64,000 nt of DNA, from IMG/VR virus record IMGVR_UViG_3300037541_000827. The stretch is one strand, 5' to 3'. Shown piece by piece: positions 1 through 10,563 of this stretch. The notes beneath the pieces were generated by a model, which was not told the origin of the DNA, ran no database searches, and worked only from the letters and a program-made list of their open reading frames with translations. The DNA comes from an uncultured virus (IMG/VR IMGVR_UViG_3300037541_000827). Its lineage: Duplodnaviria; Heunggongvirae; Uroviricota; Caudoviricetes. A program made the position numbers and the translations under genes. Within the stretch, counting starts at the first letter, position 1. Each line of letters begins with the position of its first letter.

Positions 1-141
1 CTTATCGCGCAATTTGGTGCCTTCGGTTGCAAGGTTCTTGTCGCTGTCATCCGCCTTTTTGGCGCGATCGGCAACCATCGCGCCTATCCATTGCAGGATG
101 GCGCCCCCAACGAGGAGTGCTACTTGCTCTAGGGAGAACAC
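1..141 (-). CDS. Partial membrane protein, possibly holin-like (runs off window)
   Basis: GTG at 141 opens VFSLEQVALLVGGAILQWIGAMVADRAKK...; hydrophobic N-terminus; TAGCCT -10 upstream. Confidence 0.4.
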   Translation of the reverse strand, partial: MFSLEQVALLVGGAILQWIGAMVADRAKKADDSDKNLATEGTKLRDK

Positions 142-181
142 GAATCCTCTGGTTCTGGGTATCCAAAGGCTAGGCCGGCCG

Positions 182-592
182 TCACAGATCAAATACCTCG
201 TCCAGCCCAGCCGTGGTAAGAATTGCCCGAATCCCGGCCAACTCAGTTGGGGTAAATCCGCCCACGGAAAGCACGGACGCCAATGCCGCTTGCAGGGCCG
301 GTACGATCGGAGTTCCAAACCGGGCCTGTGTTAAGGCGTCTGACAGTTCCGTCATCGCAACGCCCATTGCTGGTGGAGCATCAGCGGCTTTTGCTCGGGC
401 CAGAAAGCCCGCATACGCCGGGGAGGTGAGCAGCAGCATGTAAAGGGTGTGATAAGGAACCCGGATTGCCGGATCAACCGGCCTGTCGATGACCTCCCAT
501 TGCTGGGTAAGGCGACCGCCAACAAGGGCCGGCAGGGCAGGGATTGCCTCTTGATTGGGGCCGACTGGGGGGGCGGGGGTGGGGTAGATCAT
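182..592 (-). CDS. Tail fibre-associated/assembly protein
   Basis: 136-aa ORF coupled directly downstream of the tail fibre gene. Confidence 0.55.
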   Translation of the reverse strand: MIYPTPAPPVGPNQEAIPALPALVGGRLTQQWEVIDRPVDPAIRVPYHTLYMLLLTSPAYAGFLARAKAADAPPAMGVAMTELSDALTQARFGTPIVPALQAALASVLSVGGFTPTELAGIRAILTTAGLDEVFDL

Positions 593-3500
593 CAGGCAAA
601 AAAGCGGTTGGAGAAGAGGGCGCCGCCAACGGTTACATTGATGTTGACGTTGACGCCCCTAAAGAACGCCTGCGCTCTTATGTTATGAGGATTAGAGCTT
701 GATAGCGTGTAGGATTCCTGTGCTCCACCAGGGGAAGGGCTAAGGGTTACATCAGAAGTTACCAACGCGCCTGTAATCGCAGATCGCCATACTGCGTTAT
801 CGATGCTTGCGGGGCGAAGCAGCAGGGCATCGCTGGAAATCGGACTAAGCCCCCAAGGCCCTTTTGTTTGCCCCGGCGCATTACCAAAGACTCCGGCTAC
901 GCCAGCGAACTGGTTTGCTTTTGAAAACGCCTCAGCGCTCCTGCTGAATCCGTCCAGGTTCAACGTTGTACCGGGATTGAAGTCGCCAATAATAGCCTCT
1001 AGCGTAGCGCCTCTATTGGATGTAGTGGAAGCCCGGTTTGCCATTAAGCCGTACTCTCCGTTGTCATCCAACACATGTAAGGTGTTGGTATCGTAGTTGG
1101 CCTGCCACTCATTGTTGGCGTTTACGTTCGTCCTGTACCGCGGAAGAAACGTTATAGAAGCCTCCAAACCTTTGCTAGCCCTTGAGTCGTATCCTCCGAC
1201 AAGGTTTTGGCTGTGCTGCGTGCCCAGTACCCCACTACTGCTGATTGTGACCCCTTTCGCTGTTGAAAGCGGAAGGTCGCCCGAGGTGAGGCGAACATTT
1301 CCGATTAAATAAAGACCGGATATTGTTACACCACCATCGCCGCTAATTTTAACCAAGGCATAGGGATCCAGGAATCCCTTTGTCGCCCTACCTGGAGACT
1401 GTGCGCCAATAAAAGTATCAGCAATACTGACCACGCCATTCCTTGCGTCTGTAAACGCAAAGGTTCCAAACGTTCTCAGCTCATTACCAGTAGGGATCAG
1501 TCCATCGATACAAGCGTCCATAAAGGCTGCAAAAGTGATGCCGCTGCTTCGGTAACCAGCTAACGGTCCGTATATGGAATTGGGGTAGTTGGTTGTATCG
1601 CTTAGTGTTTTCCCTGTTGACAGCCAGCCAACACCTCGAACCGACCCGGTTTGATTGAACGTCAGCTTGGTAGGGCGAGCAAAAGCGACCCAGACGCCTG
1701 CGCCGACCGGCCCCATTTCGATAATAGAGGCAAAGCACGGACACCTAAACGGAGCATTTGCATCATGCAAGGCTTTAACATTAGTAGTGGGCTTAGTCTC
1801 GGGGGTTGTCCAGCTTGCAATTGTATTAGCCTCAGGGAACTCATCTAAAGCGCCGACTACGTTGGCAATGTGATCAAAGGAAACATCGTTCCAATAGGGG
1901 CCGTCAGCTAGTCGGTATTCAACTGTTTCCCCTGGGCTGAAAATTGCGTTGGCGTATTCGGCGGCACGCGAGAAAAGGACTGCATTCGTCCTTGTTGTTG
2001 GAGGATTGTCAAACAGGTCCGCGCCTGTTCGGTTAGGCTCCACCTGCAGCGTGGCGTTGACTCCGCTAAAGCTGTAGGTCTGGCCATTAACGGCGTTATC
2101 TGGAATCACGTAGAGAATCGCAACCCCGCTCCTGCGGGTGACGACGCCTGCCTGCCTAGCCCAGTAAATCAGCCCCGGCAGGGTGACAAGCTCCGGTCTG
2201 GTATCAAGGCTTGCATCAAGCTCGGCATCACTGGCGCCCGTGATTGTGCTGCTGCTGCGAAGGGCGGCGGCATTGGCTAGCACGCCAAAGCCGTAGCGCG
2301 TGGTCCGCATCGCAATCGCTTCTCCACCCTGCAATGCAGCGACGCCCCCCACGTCCAAGCTGCCGGTGAGGGTGAGATTTTCGACCGCAAGGTCTGTGAG
2401 CTGGGTGGGCAGCGACTGATCGCCTTCTAGGCCGATCCCCTCCACAGCAACCACCTCACCGGTGTCGGTGTTGATCAACCCCTGGTTGGTGACCTCAAAG
2501 CCGTCTTTGTTGATCCCCCTCACCTCGACGCGGCCGCCCTGCTCGGGGGCAAAGTTGGCGTTGAACTCATTCAGCGCAGACATCTGCCGGCGGGCACGGG
2601 GCAAAGCGCGGGAATAGTTCCAGAAACCCACCCCGTTGAGGTTTTGGCCCAGCAGCTGCACAAACGACGGTTCGCGGAACTCGATCGCCCAGTTGGCGAG
2701 CCCGCTGGCGGCGCCGCCGCTGGGGGCGGTGGGGAAGTTAGTGGCCGAGGCAGGATCAAGATCACGTCCGGCCTCAGTTCGTGGGATCAGGGCGTTGTGA
2801 GCGGCCGTGTTGTTGAAGCCCAGGGCCAGCAGCAGTGCCAGCGCGCCGCGATAGTCGGTGGCGCTGCGGAGCTGGTCCCGCACGCTGCCGCTGGCGGTGT
2901 AGACGGTGCTCCAGTTGATCCCGCAGGTGGCGGTCACATCAGTGGCCGCGTCGGTGTCCGTGTCAAAGATCAGGACCGGCGCTTCCAGCGTGGTGGGGTC
3001 TTCTGCGTTGTAGGAGCTTTCCTGCTGCACGTAGCTTTCCTGCCACTTGCCCTCCTCTGGCGTGCTGCCGCTCGAGGTGAAGGTGGCCATCGCGGTGATG
3101 TGTTTGCCGCCAAACTTCACCGTCTGCCCCGGGCGGTAGAAGACGCCGGAGGCGTAGCTCTCATCGGGGCAGCAACGGCGGATGGAGATCTCGGCCGAAA
3201 GCACCACACCGGCACCTTCCGGCGGGATGCCATTGGTCTGGGTGACAGCCAGCACTTCAGCACCGCCGGGGGCAAGCGCACGATCGATGCCACCACCACT
3301 CACACCCGGGCGGGTCTGCACGATCGAGTTGCGCACCGGCACGCGGGCGCTGCTCGTGTTGGCCAGCTTTAGGGTCACGCGCCGTTGTTGCTTCGTGCGG
3401 GTGTCGATGAGGCGGCGAACGTAGACGCGCTTGCCGATTGCATTGGAGGCACCACCACCACCCGTACCGATCGCATCACCGGTATCGGCCTGCACCGCAG

Positions 3501-5196
3501 CGCCGGTGATGGCAATGGCGGTGGCGGCGCTGCTGCTCCAGGCGTTGGCGGCGAGAGTGGCGCGCCAGTCCATCCCGTTGGGGTTTTCGATCCAGATCAG
3601 GGTGCCCGCGGCCAGGCTGTAACCGCCAGCCGCCAGCACCGCCGGCACCGCCGGATCGGCGCCCACGGCCAGGGGGGCCGTCAGGGTGATGCTGCTGCCG
3701 GAAATGGCCGAGACAATGCCCAGTGGGATGCGGCGGATGTTGCCGGTCTGATCGGCCACACTGCGGGCCACCCTGAGGCGCCGCAGGTTCCAGTTGCTAT
3801 CCAGGGCCACGCTGGCGCTCTGGTAACCCTTGGCCACCGCAACGCAGCCGCCGAAATTGGAGGTGGAGTTGGAGAACTCCATCTGCGCGCCGCTGTCGGC
3901 GAAGAGGTGGCGCCCTGCACCAATGGCGAAGGTCGACACCAACTGGCCAAACGCACCGCGTATCAACGTGATGTGCCGGCTCATGCGGCTTGGCTTCATG
4001 CGAACGTCGTCGGATTCGCTGTCGATCAGCTCCTGGTAGTTCACCGGGGCCCGCCAGGCGCCGGAGCGGTAGATCTCCCAGCAGCTCAGGTCGCGTTGCT
4101 GGCTGATGCCGGTGAATTGCGCCGCCACCAGGCTCTTGAGGCCAGCCAGGCGAGCACCATCCCAGAACACGCCCGACATGCCCCATTCGGTGCGCAGGGA
4201 GCAGTTGTAGATGTACGGGCTCGCTCCTTTGACCGTGTCCCAGGCCTCGGATGGGTTGCCGCTGATCGGTCCCACCGTCTGCCATTCGGACAGCCGGGTG
4301 ACCGCCAGGGCATTCGAGAGGTTGCCGGTGTTGTTGGCCCCGCCCATGGCGGTGCGCACCTTGGTGTACAGCTGATCCAGATCCGCCTGGCTGGCGTTGT
4401 GAAAGCAGTCCAGCAGGTGGTGACTGCTGCTGGCACGGAACTGATCCCGGAATGTGAACCCGTAAACGTAGCTGGTTGAGGTGATTTTGAGGATCGCCAC
4501 CCGGTTGCTGTAGTCGGCGGCCTCATCCGCCGCGGCCGGCACGTAGGAGGGGCGGACGGTGGTTTGCCGCAGGCTGAGGGGAGCGCTCGCCGTGGCGTAG
4601 CGCGGCAACACGATGCCGCCGCTGTTGGGATTGAAGGCGATCAGGTGGTTGGGGGTTGGATCGAAGCCGCCTGCTGGCCATTCCGTCACCGGGATGGCGT
4701 AGCTGGAATTGCCAGGGTCGTTATAGAAAATGTGCGTCCCCGGGCTCAGCTCCACCGATGGGCAATCGACGTTCGCCTCTTCTGAGTTGATCGTGAAGAA
4801 GTTCTTGCTGGTCATCGCAACGATCTCGATCGCTGCTCGGTTGATGGTGCGGAAGGGCCTCTTTTTGCTGTAGCCGCAGGTGAGCCGCTGATTTTCCAAC
4901 CGCTTCAGCTTCGCGGCGATCTTGGCCTCATCGGTGGCCCCGCCGGGCTCTTCGAACCAGTTGTAGGAACCACCAACGAACCGATCGCTGCCGGTGTACG
5001 GGTTGATGTAGATCGTGAACGGACTGTTGAGCGGATCGGCCGGCTCGCTGTTGCCCGGGGCGATGTTGGCGTTGCCCGCCATCTGCAGCAGGGCATCCAC
5101 CACCGCGGCCATCTGGTCCTTGGCGCGGAGCTGCCCGCCGGGTCCGAATGCGTTACGGATGCCGGCGAGGGCATTCGCAAAACTGATCCGGGCCAT
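592..5196 (-). CDS. Large tail fibre / receptor-binding protein
   Basis: 1534 aa, Gly/Ala/Ser/Thr-rich, cyanophage fibre-like N-terminus (IYINPYTGSD...PFRTINRA), end of tail module. Confidence 0.8.
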   Translation of the reverse strand: MARISFANALAGIRNAFGPGGQLRAKDQMAAVVDALLQMAGNANIAPGNSEPADPLNSPFTIYINPYTGSDRFVGGSYNWFEEPGGATDEAKIAAKLKRLENQRLTCGYSKKRPFRTINRAAIEIVAMTSKNFFTINSEEANVDCPSVELSPGTHIFYNDPGNSSYAIPVTEWPAGGFDPTPNHLIAFNPNSGGIVLPRYATASAPLSLRQTTVRPSYVPAAADEAADYSNRVAILKITSTSYVYGFTFRDQFRASSSHHLLDCFHNASQADLDQLYTKVRTAMGGANNTGNLSNALAVTRLSEWQTVGPISGNPSEAWDTVKGASPYIYNCSLRTEWGMSGVFWDGARLAGLKSLVAAQFTGISQQRDLSCWEIYRSGAWRAPVNYQELIDSESDDVRMKPSRMSRHITLIRGAFGQLVSTFAIGAGRHLFADSGAQMEFSNSTSNFGGCVAVAKGYQSASVALDSNWNLRRLRVARSVADQTGNIRRIPLGIVSAISGSSITLTAPLAVGADPAVPAVLAAGGYSLAAGTLIWIENPNGMDWRATLAANAWSSSAATAIAITGAAVQADTGDAIGTGGGGASNAIGKRVYVRRLIDTRTKQQRRVTLKLANTSSARVPVRNSIVQTRPGVSGGGIDRALAPGGAEVLAVTQTNGIPPEGAGVVLSAEISIRRCCPDESYASGVFYRPGQTVKFGGKHITAMATFTSSGSTPEEGKWQESYVQQESSYNAEDPTTLEAPVLIFDTDTDAATDVTATCGINWSTVYTASGSVRDQLRSATDYRGALALLLALGFNNTAAHNALIPRTEAGRDLDPASATNFPTAPSGGAASGLANWAIEFREPSFVQLLGQNLNGVGFWNYSRALPRARRQMSALNEFNANFAPEQGGRVEVRGINKDGFEVTNQGLINTDTGEVVAVEGIGLEGDQSLPTQLTDLAVENLTLTGSLDVGGVAALQGGEAIAMRTTRYGFGVLANAAALRSSSTITGASDAELDASLDTRPELVTLPGLIYWARQAGVVTRRSGVAILYVIPDNAVNGQTYSFSGVNATLQVEPNRTGADLFDNPPTTRTNAVLFSRAAEYANAIFSPGETVEYRLADGPYWNDVSFDHIANVVGALDEFPEANTIASWTTPETKPTTNVKALHDANAPFRCPCFASIIEMGPVGAGVWVAFARPTKLTFNQTGSVRGVGWLSTGKTLSDTTNYPNSIYGPLAGYRSSGITFAAFMDACIDGLIPTGNELRTFGTFAFTDARNGVVSIADTFIGAQSPGRATKGFLDPYALVKISGDGGVTISGLYLIGNVRLTSGDLPLSTAKGVTISSSGVLGTQHSQNLVGGYDSRASKGLEASITFLPRYRTNVNANNEWQANYDTNTLHVLDDNGEYGLMANRASTTSNRGATLEAIIGDFNPGTTLNLDGFSRSAEAFSKANQFAGVAGVFGNAPGQTKGPWGLSPISSDALLLRPASIDNAVWRSAITGALVTSDVTLSPSPGGAQESYTLSSSNPHNIRAQAFFRGVNVNINVTVGGALFSNRFFA

Positions 5197-5219
5197 GTGC
5201 TGCTGCTGCTGCCGTCAGG

Positions 5220-6302
5220 CTAGGGCTGGCTCATTGCTGCCAATGGATGTTCCCGATCAGCGATGACAAAGCGGACGTCGCCGATCGAAGCGAACTGGCC
5301 ACGGATCTTCTTGGTTTCGCCGGCCTGGGTGGAGAGGCGCACGTTGGTCAGGAGGATGTCCAGCTCATAGAACAGGCACTCCTCCCGGATGAAACCGTGG
5401 CCGTTGGAATGGCCCCGGGGCCCGTCGGCCACCAACAGGCGGATGGTGCCGGTGGCCCCCTTCTTGGTGAGCGTGTCGAGGCGGAGCATGGCCGAGCTGG
5501 GGCTGACGCCAGGGTCGTAGGTGTTGCTGAGCTCTCCGGAGAAGCTCCCGGCACCTCGCACCTGGCCGGCGAGGACCGCCCCGAAGGCCTCGCCGATCGC
5601 CCCCTGGTCGAGGGCCGTGGTGTCGGTCTCCACCTCCCAGCCGGAAAGATCCGCCTGCCGCTTCCAGCCCCGCTCATCCGCCGCGGCCCCCGCGTCCCGG
5701 ATCACCGGCGGCAGGGCCGGCACGATGTCTTCCAGCCCCGCCTCAGCCTCCTCAGGGCGGGGGATGGTGAGGGCCAGGGCCAGCAGGGCCTCGGCATAGC
5801 CGGCGCGATCGCTGGCCACGCTGAGGATGAGCCGATCGAATCCCACCAGGCGAAGGGGCAGGCGGCTGAGCTCGCCGCCGTTCACCGCACCCACCTCGAG
5901 GCTGTAGAAGGTGGCGCGCTCCAGGGCATCCTGGTGGATGTAGACCGTGGCCTGCTGGGTCAGGCCGACGGTGCCTGAGTGCTCCCAGAAGGTGGCGTTG
6001 TCGTCAGGCCCCCAGAAGGGCGCATCGTCACCGACGCGGTGGAGGGTGGCCGGCCCACTGGAGGCGGCATCCCCCCAGAAGCTGTGGCCGTCGGGACAGT
6101 TGGCGTACCCGGTGCCGAGCACGTCGAACGGCACGCCCAAGGGAGCGGTGAGGAGCACCTGGTCGCCGTTATGAAAGCAGGGCTCCTCCAGCCGCAGCCG
6201 CACCACGCTGCCGGGAGCATCAAGCAGGTCATCGCTGAGTACTACCGGCCGCGGCCAGCTGCGGCTGAGGGTGAGGGTGCCGATCTCGCCATCGATCGCC
6301 AT
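5220..6302 (-). CDS. Tail/baseplate structural protein with tail-tube-like C-terminal half
   Basis: 360 aa in tail operon; WEVETDTTALDQGAIGEAF...GAGSFSG resembles tube-fold proteins. Confidence 0.55.
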   Translation of the reverse strand: MAIDGEIGTLTLSRSWPRPVVLSDDLLDAPGSVVRLRLEEPCFHNGDQVLLTAPLGVPFDVLGTGYANCPDGHSFWGDAASSGPATLHRVGDDAPFWGPDDNATFWEHSGTVGLTQQATVYIHQDALERATFYSLEVGAVNGGELSRLPLRLVGFDRLILSVASDRAGYAEALLALALTIPRPEEAEAGLEDIVPALPPVIRDAGAAADERGWKRQADLSGWEVETDTTALDQGAIGEAFGAVLAGQVRGAGSFSGELSNTYDPGVSPSSAMLRLDTLTKKGATGTIRLLVADGPRGHSNGHGFIREECLFYELDILLTNVRLSTQAGETKKIRGQFASIGDVRFVIADREHPLAAMSQP

Positions 6303-6305
6303 GGG

Positions 6306-6704
6306 TCAGAACCGCCCGCTCATGTCGCCGTTGACCGTGAGGGAGAGGGAGCAGGAGATCAGCTCACGCACCCGCACCGGGGTGCCGAGGGAGGCGCTGA
6401 GGACCTCCATGGTGAAGTCGCCGCGGGTCGACCCCCGGCGGGTGACAACGCGGAGGGTGTCGACATCGTCGCTGTCGTCCCAAATGCTGTTCGCCATCGA
6501 CACCGCTGGGGCGTTGTCCGGGTCGTAGAGCAGGGTGCAGCTGATCTGCGATTCGCGCATCCCCTTGGTGCTGGTGCTGGCGACCTGGCCCACTCCGGTG
6601 GTGGGCAGGATGTCGCGGGAGACGGAGACACTGACGTCCGTGATCTTGCCCACCAGCGAGCCGTTCCAATACACGTCGCTCTGGGTGGTATTCCTGACGG
6701 ACAT
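6306..6704 (-). CDS. Tail-tube-like minor tail protein
   Basis: 132 aa, beta-rich (VGKITDVSVSVSRDILPTT...), tail operon position. Confidence 0.55.
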   Translation of the reverse strand: MSVRNTTQSDVYWNGSLVGKITDVSVSVSRDILPTTGVGQVASTSTKGMRESQISCTLLYDPDNAPAVSMANSIWDDSDDVDTLRVVTRRGSTRGDFTMEVLSASLGTPVRVRELISCSLSLTVNGDMSGRF

Positions 6705-6760
6705 CCCTGATTCAGCTCATAGCCACACCAGGAGGCTAGGCAGGGGGATCGGCCCAGGAT

Positions 6761-7180
6761 CTAGGGGCTGTTCTGCAGCCTGGCCTGCAGTTGCACCGGC
6801 AGGGTGCAGCGGTGGCGGTAGGTGAGCGAGGTTTTTGGGGTGGGGGCGCCCTGGCCGAGGGGCCAGAACCAGCGCAGGCCGGCGCCGGTGGTGACCGATT
6901 CGATGAAGGTCTTGTCAGCTGCCGTCACCCCCGCAAACAGGATGCTGGGCAGCTCCAGCTCCAGCAGGCCGGAGTAGCTCTCATGGAAGGTGGTGAGGAT
7001 CTCTGTTGCCTGGGAGGTGCGGATGTTCCCGAACTCCAGCTCCAGGGCCCCGTTGACCGCCACCGTGCCCCACAGCCGCTGATCCTCGATCCCGGCTTCC
7101 GACACCGCGCTGGTGATCGGGTGGCGGGGCATGACGAACGCAAATGCGGTCGGCTCGATGGCAGGGAAGAGGATCGTCAT
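6761..7180 (-). CDS. Minor tail protein
   Basis: 139-aa ORF overlapping the stop of the tail-tip gene. Confidence 0.55.
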   Translation of the reverse strand: MTILFPAIEPTAFAFVMPRHPITSAVSEAGIEDQRLWGTVAVNGALELEFGNIRTSQATEILTTFHESYSGLLELELPSILFAGVTAADKTFIESVTTGAGLRWFWPLGQGAPTPKTSLTYRHRCTLPVQLQARLQNSP

Positions 7181-10100
7181 CCCCGGATCACCCAGGCGGT
7201 GGGCTCATCCCAGTCTAGGGAAAGCAGCAAGCGGCCATCTTCAGCGGTTGGCATCAGCACCGCCTCGATCTTCTGCCGCCCGTCATCGGTGGGGGTGACG
7301 CGCATCACCCGGTAGGTGCGCACCTGGGGCGCGGCAAGGCGGGTCCATTGGGAGCCCAACAGGTTGCCCCTGGTGCCGCCGCCGCTGACCACCAGCGACT
7401 GGATCGTGGGGCCCGGCGGGGTGGTGCCATTCCAGGCCAGCACCTCATAGGAGCCATCGGCCAGGGGCTCAGAGGCCACCAGGGTGCCGTCGGGCATCAC
7501 GGCCCCGTTGCTGTAGAGGTCCTCCAGCGTCTCGTCGTAGGCCACAGCGATGTGGTCCTCCGGCGCGATCGGCCGCAGCATGCCGGCATAGGTGGTCTCG
7601 AAGGAAATCGGATCGCCCACCAGCCGTCGCCAGCGGATCAGGTACTTGGCCGCATCGATCAGGTGCCAGCGGTTGGTGCAGCTCTTCGCCATATCCAGCT
7701 GCTCCACCGGATCGCTGTCGCTGGCCGAGGCCTCGCGGATCGTGATCTCCCGCACGGTCGAGAACACACCGGGAGAGAGGAGGTCGTCGTTGCTGCGCTC
7801 CTCCCGATAGAGCCCGCTAACCTGGATCGGCCGCCGCTGGTCGTCGTCGCTGGTGGTGCTCTGAAAGGTTCCCTGCTTGATGTTGGCCGCGGTGAACAGA
7901 TCGACGATCGGCACCGGATCGAACGACAGGGCCGGCTTGAAATAGAACTGGCCATTGAGCTCGTAGAAGGCGAGCAAGTGCAGCCCCGCCTGATCGGCCG
8001 CCCACTGCCGCAGGTTTTCCGGCTGCGGCAGGGTGCTATCGAAGAAGTAGCGACGGTCGAAACACCACTGCGCCGATGCCAGGAAGCTGGCGGCATTGAT
8101 CTGCTCGGCGCTCACGTCCTGCCCGGCGCCAAAGACAGGGCTCAGCGCCAGCCGGGTGAAGATGTCTGGCAGCAGATGGGTCGGCCCTTCGTTGGCCTCG
8201 ATGTAGCGGGGACACATGTGGCCGCCAATCACCTGCGCTGACAGCTGGTTGACGCTCTGAAGCTCCAGGGCTGAGCGGATGTTTATGCCTACCCCGGCAA
8301 TGCCGTCGTAGGTGGGCGCGGTGGCGTTGGTCTGGATGATGTTGATGTAGGCGATTTCGTGCTCAGGCCGTTGGCTGGCCGTGCTCTGGATCTCCTCGTA
8401 GACGAAGGCTTCCGCCACCTTCCCCCAGGGGTCGGTCATTGCCGTGCCATCGGTCCAGCCAAGGCCCAGATCCTGTTCAGGCTCAATCGACTTCAGAGCG
8501 AAGCGATCGGCCGATCTGGTGAAGGGGGCCTCGCCGGCATAGCGAACGCTGCAGGCGCCATCCACCACGGTCTGCAGGCTCGCCGTGCGGCTATCGAGCA
8601 CCACCAGCTGACCAGCAGCGGTGCCCGAGCGGATCTCCCAGCCACTGAGCGGTTCCAGCCGCAGCTGTGCGCAACGGCTGCCAGCCGGGAGCTCCAGCTG
8701 CAGGCTGTTGTACTGCGCCTGCTGGGTCAGCCCGCGCACGCCGTAGATGGAGGGCAGCTCCACAAATGTGGCGGCACCCTCGGGGCGGTAGCTGATACGG
8801 ATGAAGGAATAGCGCTCTTCCACGAAACTTCTGGCGCCACCCTGATAGATAGCGATACCGATCTTGCTCCCTGACCCAAGCGTCTGCCCTTCTCGTTCAC
8901 CGCCGGCCAGGCGGTTGATCTCGGTCAGCGTTGGCGCCTGCCTGAGGTTGGCAAACCCGCTGCCTCGAATGCCCACCGTGCTGCGCAGACCGATCTCGAT
9001 CACCCTGGCCGGCTTGTTCAGCGTGAAATCAGCCACGGCGCAGCGATGGAGATGCCCTCTGCTGGTGCCGCTGGGATAGCGGGGCCCAGGGTCAACCACA
9101 GACGAAGTCCAGTCCCAGCCGTTGGACACATCCACTCGGGCGGGATAGGCCGTTGTTCCTGTCGTGGATGGATTGATCTCTGCTGCTGATGAGACAGTCA
9201 CAACACCAGCTTTTATGACGCGAAAACGTGCCGTGATCGACTGTCCATTGCCGACCGGTTGATTGTCGGCATCAGACGAGAATGTTTCATCCGCAGGGGT
9301 GCGCTGCTGTAATACTGCCAAGCAACTACCACATTTATAGATTTCACCCTGCACCAAACCATCGTCGATCGATCGTTGACGACCACTGATGGTTGCCGCT
9401 ACATCGCTGCCAGTTTCGACGTGAAAGGCACTGCTACTGCCAATGTCGGTGTTGGTGTTATCAAACCGTAGTTTGGTGTTGGCATCCGTGGTGTTAGAGA
9501 GCAGATAATCAAACGTGGCGCCAGCGCTGAGAGCGATGTTGCCCGGTGTGCTGCCACTGGATGTTGCCACGACGCCACAACGACCCGACCACATCAGGCG
9601 GCCCTTCCACACTGCGCCAAGGGCCACCGGATCGTCGGCCGGATCGATCGTCTGAGCACCACTGCTGCCCTGGGGCTTTGTGGCGAATTGCCTGGTGGGG
9701 CGCAGCTGCGGGTTGGTTCGCAACCCCAGGCCATTGCCCATGGTGGCGTAGAGGCCACAGGTCGTGGAGTTGCTGGGCCGGGAGGCTGCACAGGCGTCGG
9801 GACGGATGACGCCGCCGGTGCTACGCACCTGAAACACATCAGCGCCACCAGCGTTTTCGGCGTTGCCGATGTCGTTGGCCGCCAGGCGACCGGCGATGCG
9901 GTCGCTGGATCGAATCCGTCCCCCGTTCAGGCGGGCGTAGAGGGTGACGCGAGCCGCGGCCTCATTGGCGCCAGCGCTGCCCAGGTCGTAGGAGCGCATC
10001 GGGTTGTTGCCCAGCGCAAAACCGGCCGGATCAATCTCCGCCATCGGCCCTTCCCCGAGCACGTAGACGCCGCTGAACAGCTGCGAACCACCCAGGCTGG

Positions 10101-10563
10101 TCATCCGAGACCAGACCAGGCCGAGATCGACGCGGCAGCCGCCGTACCAACCCTCGGGCCTGCCATTCAGGGCCGGCAGATACTCCCGCCTGGCAAAGGT
10201 GATCGGGATCACGCTGCCCAGCCTCGCCACCTCCTGCAGCGAATCGAAGCCAGGCCGGGGGGCGTAGCGGGCACCATCGATGACGGTCTCGCCCTGTTGC
10301 TGGCTGCTGATGACCCGGCCGGGCTGCCCCTTGGGCGCCATCAGGGCGGAAACGATGGTGTAGCCGGCCGACAGGATGCTGACAGCCAGCGAGATCCCAG
10401 CCACGGTGGCGGGATCACAGGTGGCGATCGGCGGATTCCGCGTCAGCTCGAATGCCGCGGCCTGCTGACGTTTGAGCTGGTAGTGCAGCAGCTGGTCTTC
10501 GCTCCAGCCGAGCAGCTGCGCCAGGTAGGCATCACCTGGCAGGAGGGGGGGGTGTCGCGTCAC
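7177..10563 (-). CDS. Tail tip / host-specificity protein (lambda J-like)
   Basis: ~1128 aa from GTG 10563; follows NlpC/P60 gene; GFDSLQEVARLGSVIPITF motif typical of tail-tip proteins. Confidence 0.7.
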   Translation of the reverse strand: MTRHPPLLPGDAYLAQLLGWSEDQLLHYQLKRQQAAAFELTRNPPIATCDPATVAGISLAVSILSAGYTIVSALMAPKGQPGRVISSQQQGETVIDGARYAPRPGFDSLQEVARLGSVIPITFARREYLPALNGRPEGWYGGCRVDLGLVWSRMTSLGGSQLFSGVYVLGEGPMAEIDPAGFALGNNPMRSYDLGSAGANEAAARVTLYARLNGGRIRSSDRIAGRLAANDIGNAENAGGADVFQVRSTGGVIRPDACAASRPSNSTTCGLYATMGNGLGLRTNPQLRPTRQFATKPQGSSGAQTIDPADDPVALGAVWKGRLMWSGRCGVVATSSGSTPGNIALSAGATFDYLLSNTTDANTKLRFDNTNTDIGSSSAFHVETGSDVAATISGRQRSIDDGLVQGEIYKCGSCLAVLQQRTPADETFSSDADNQPVGNGQSITARFRVIKAGVVTVSSAAEINPSTTGTTAYPARVDVSNGWDWTSSVVDPGPRYPSGTSRGHLHRCAVADFTLNKPARVIEIGLRSTVGIRGSGFANLRQAPTLTEINRLAGGEREGQTLGSGSKIGIAIYQGGARSFVEERYSFIRISYRPEGAATFVELPSIYGVRGLTQQAQYNSLQLELPAGSRCAQLRLEPLSGWEIRSGTAAGQLVVLDSRTASLQTVVDGACSVRYAGEAPFTRSADRFALKSIEPEQDLGLGWTDGTAMTDPWGKVAEAFVYEEIQSTASQRPEHEIAYINIIQTNATAPTYDGIAGVGINIRSALELQSVNQLSAQVIGGHMCPRYIEANEGPTHLLPDIFTRLALSPVFGAGQDVSAEQINAASFLASAQWCFDRRYFFDSTLPQPENLRQWAADQAGLHLLAFYELNGQFYFKPALSFDPVPIVDLFTAANIKQGTFQSTTSDDDQRRPIQVSGLYREERSNDDLLSPGVFSTVREITIREASASDSDPVEQLDMAKSCTNRWHLIDAAKYLIRWRRLVGDPISFETTYAGMLRPIAPEDHIAVAYDETLEDLYSNGAVMPDGTLVASEPLADGSYEVLAWNGTTPPGPTIQSLVVSGGGTRGNLLGSQWTRLAAPQVRTYRVMRVTPTDDGRQKIEAVLMPTAEDGRLLLSLDWDEPTAWVIRG

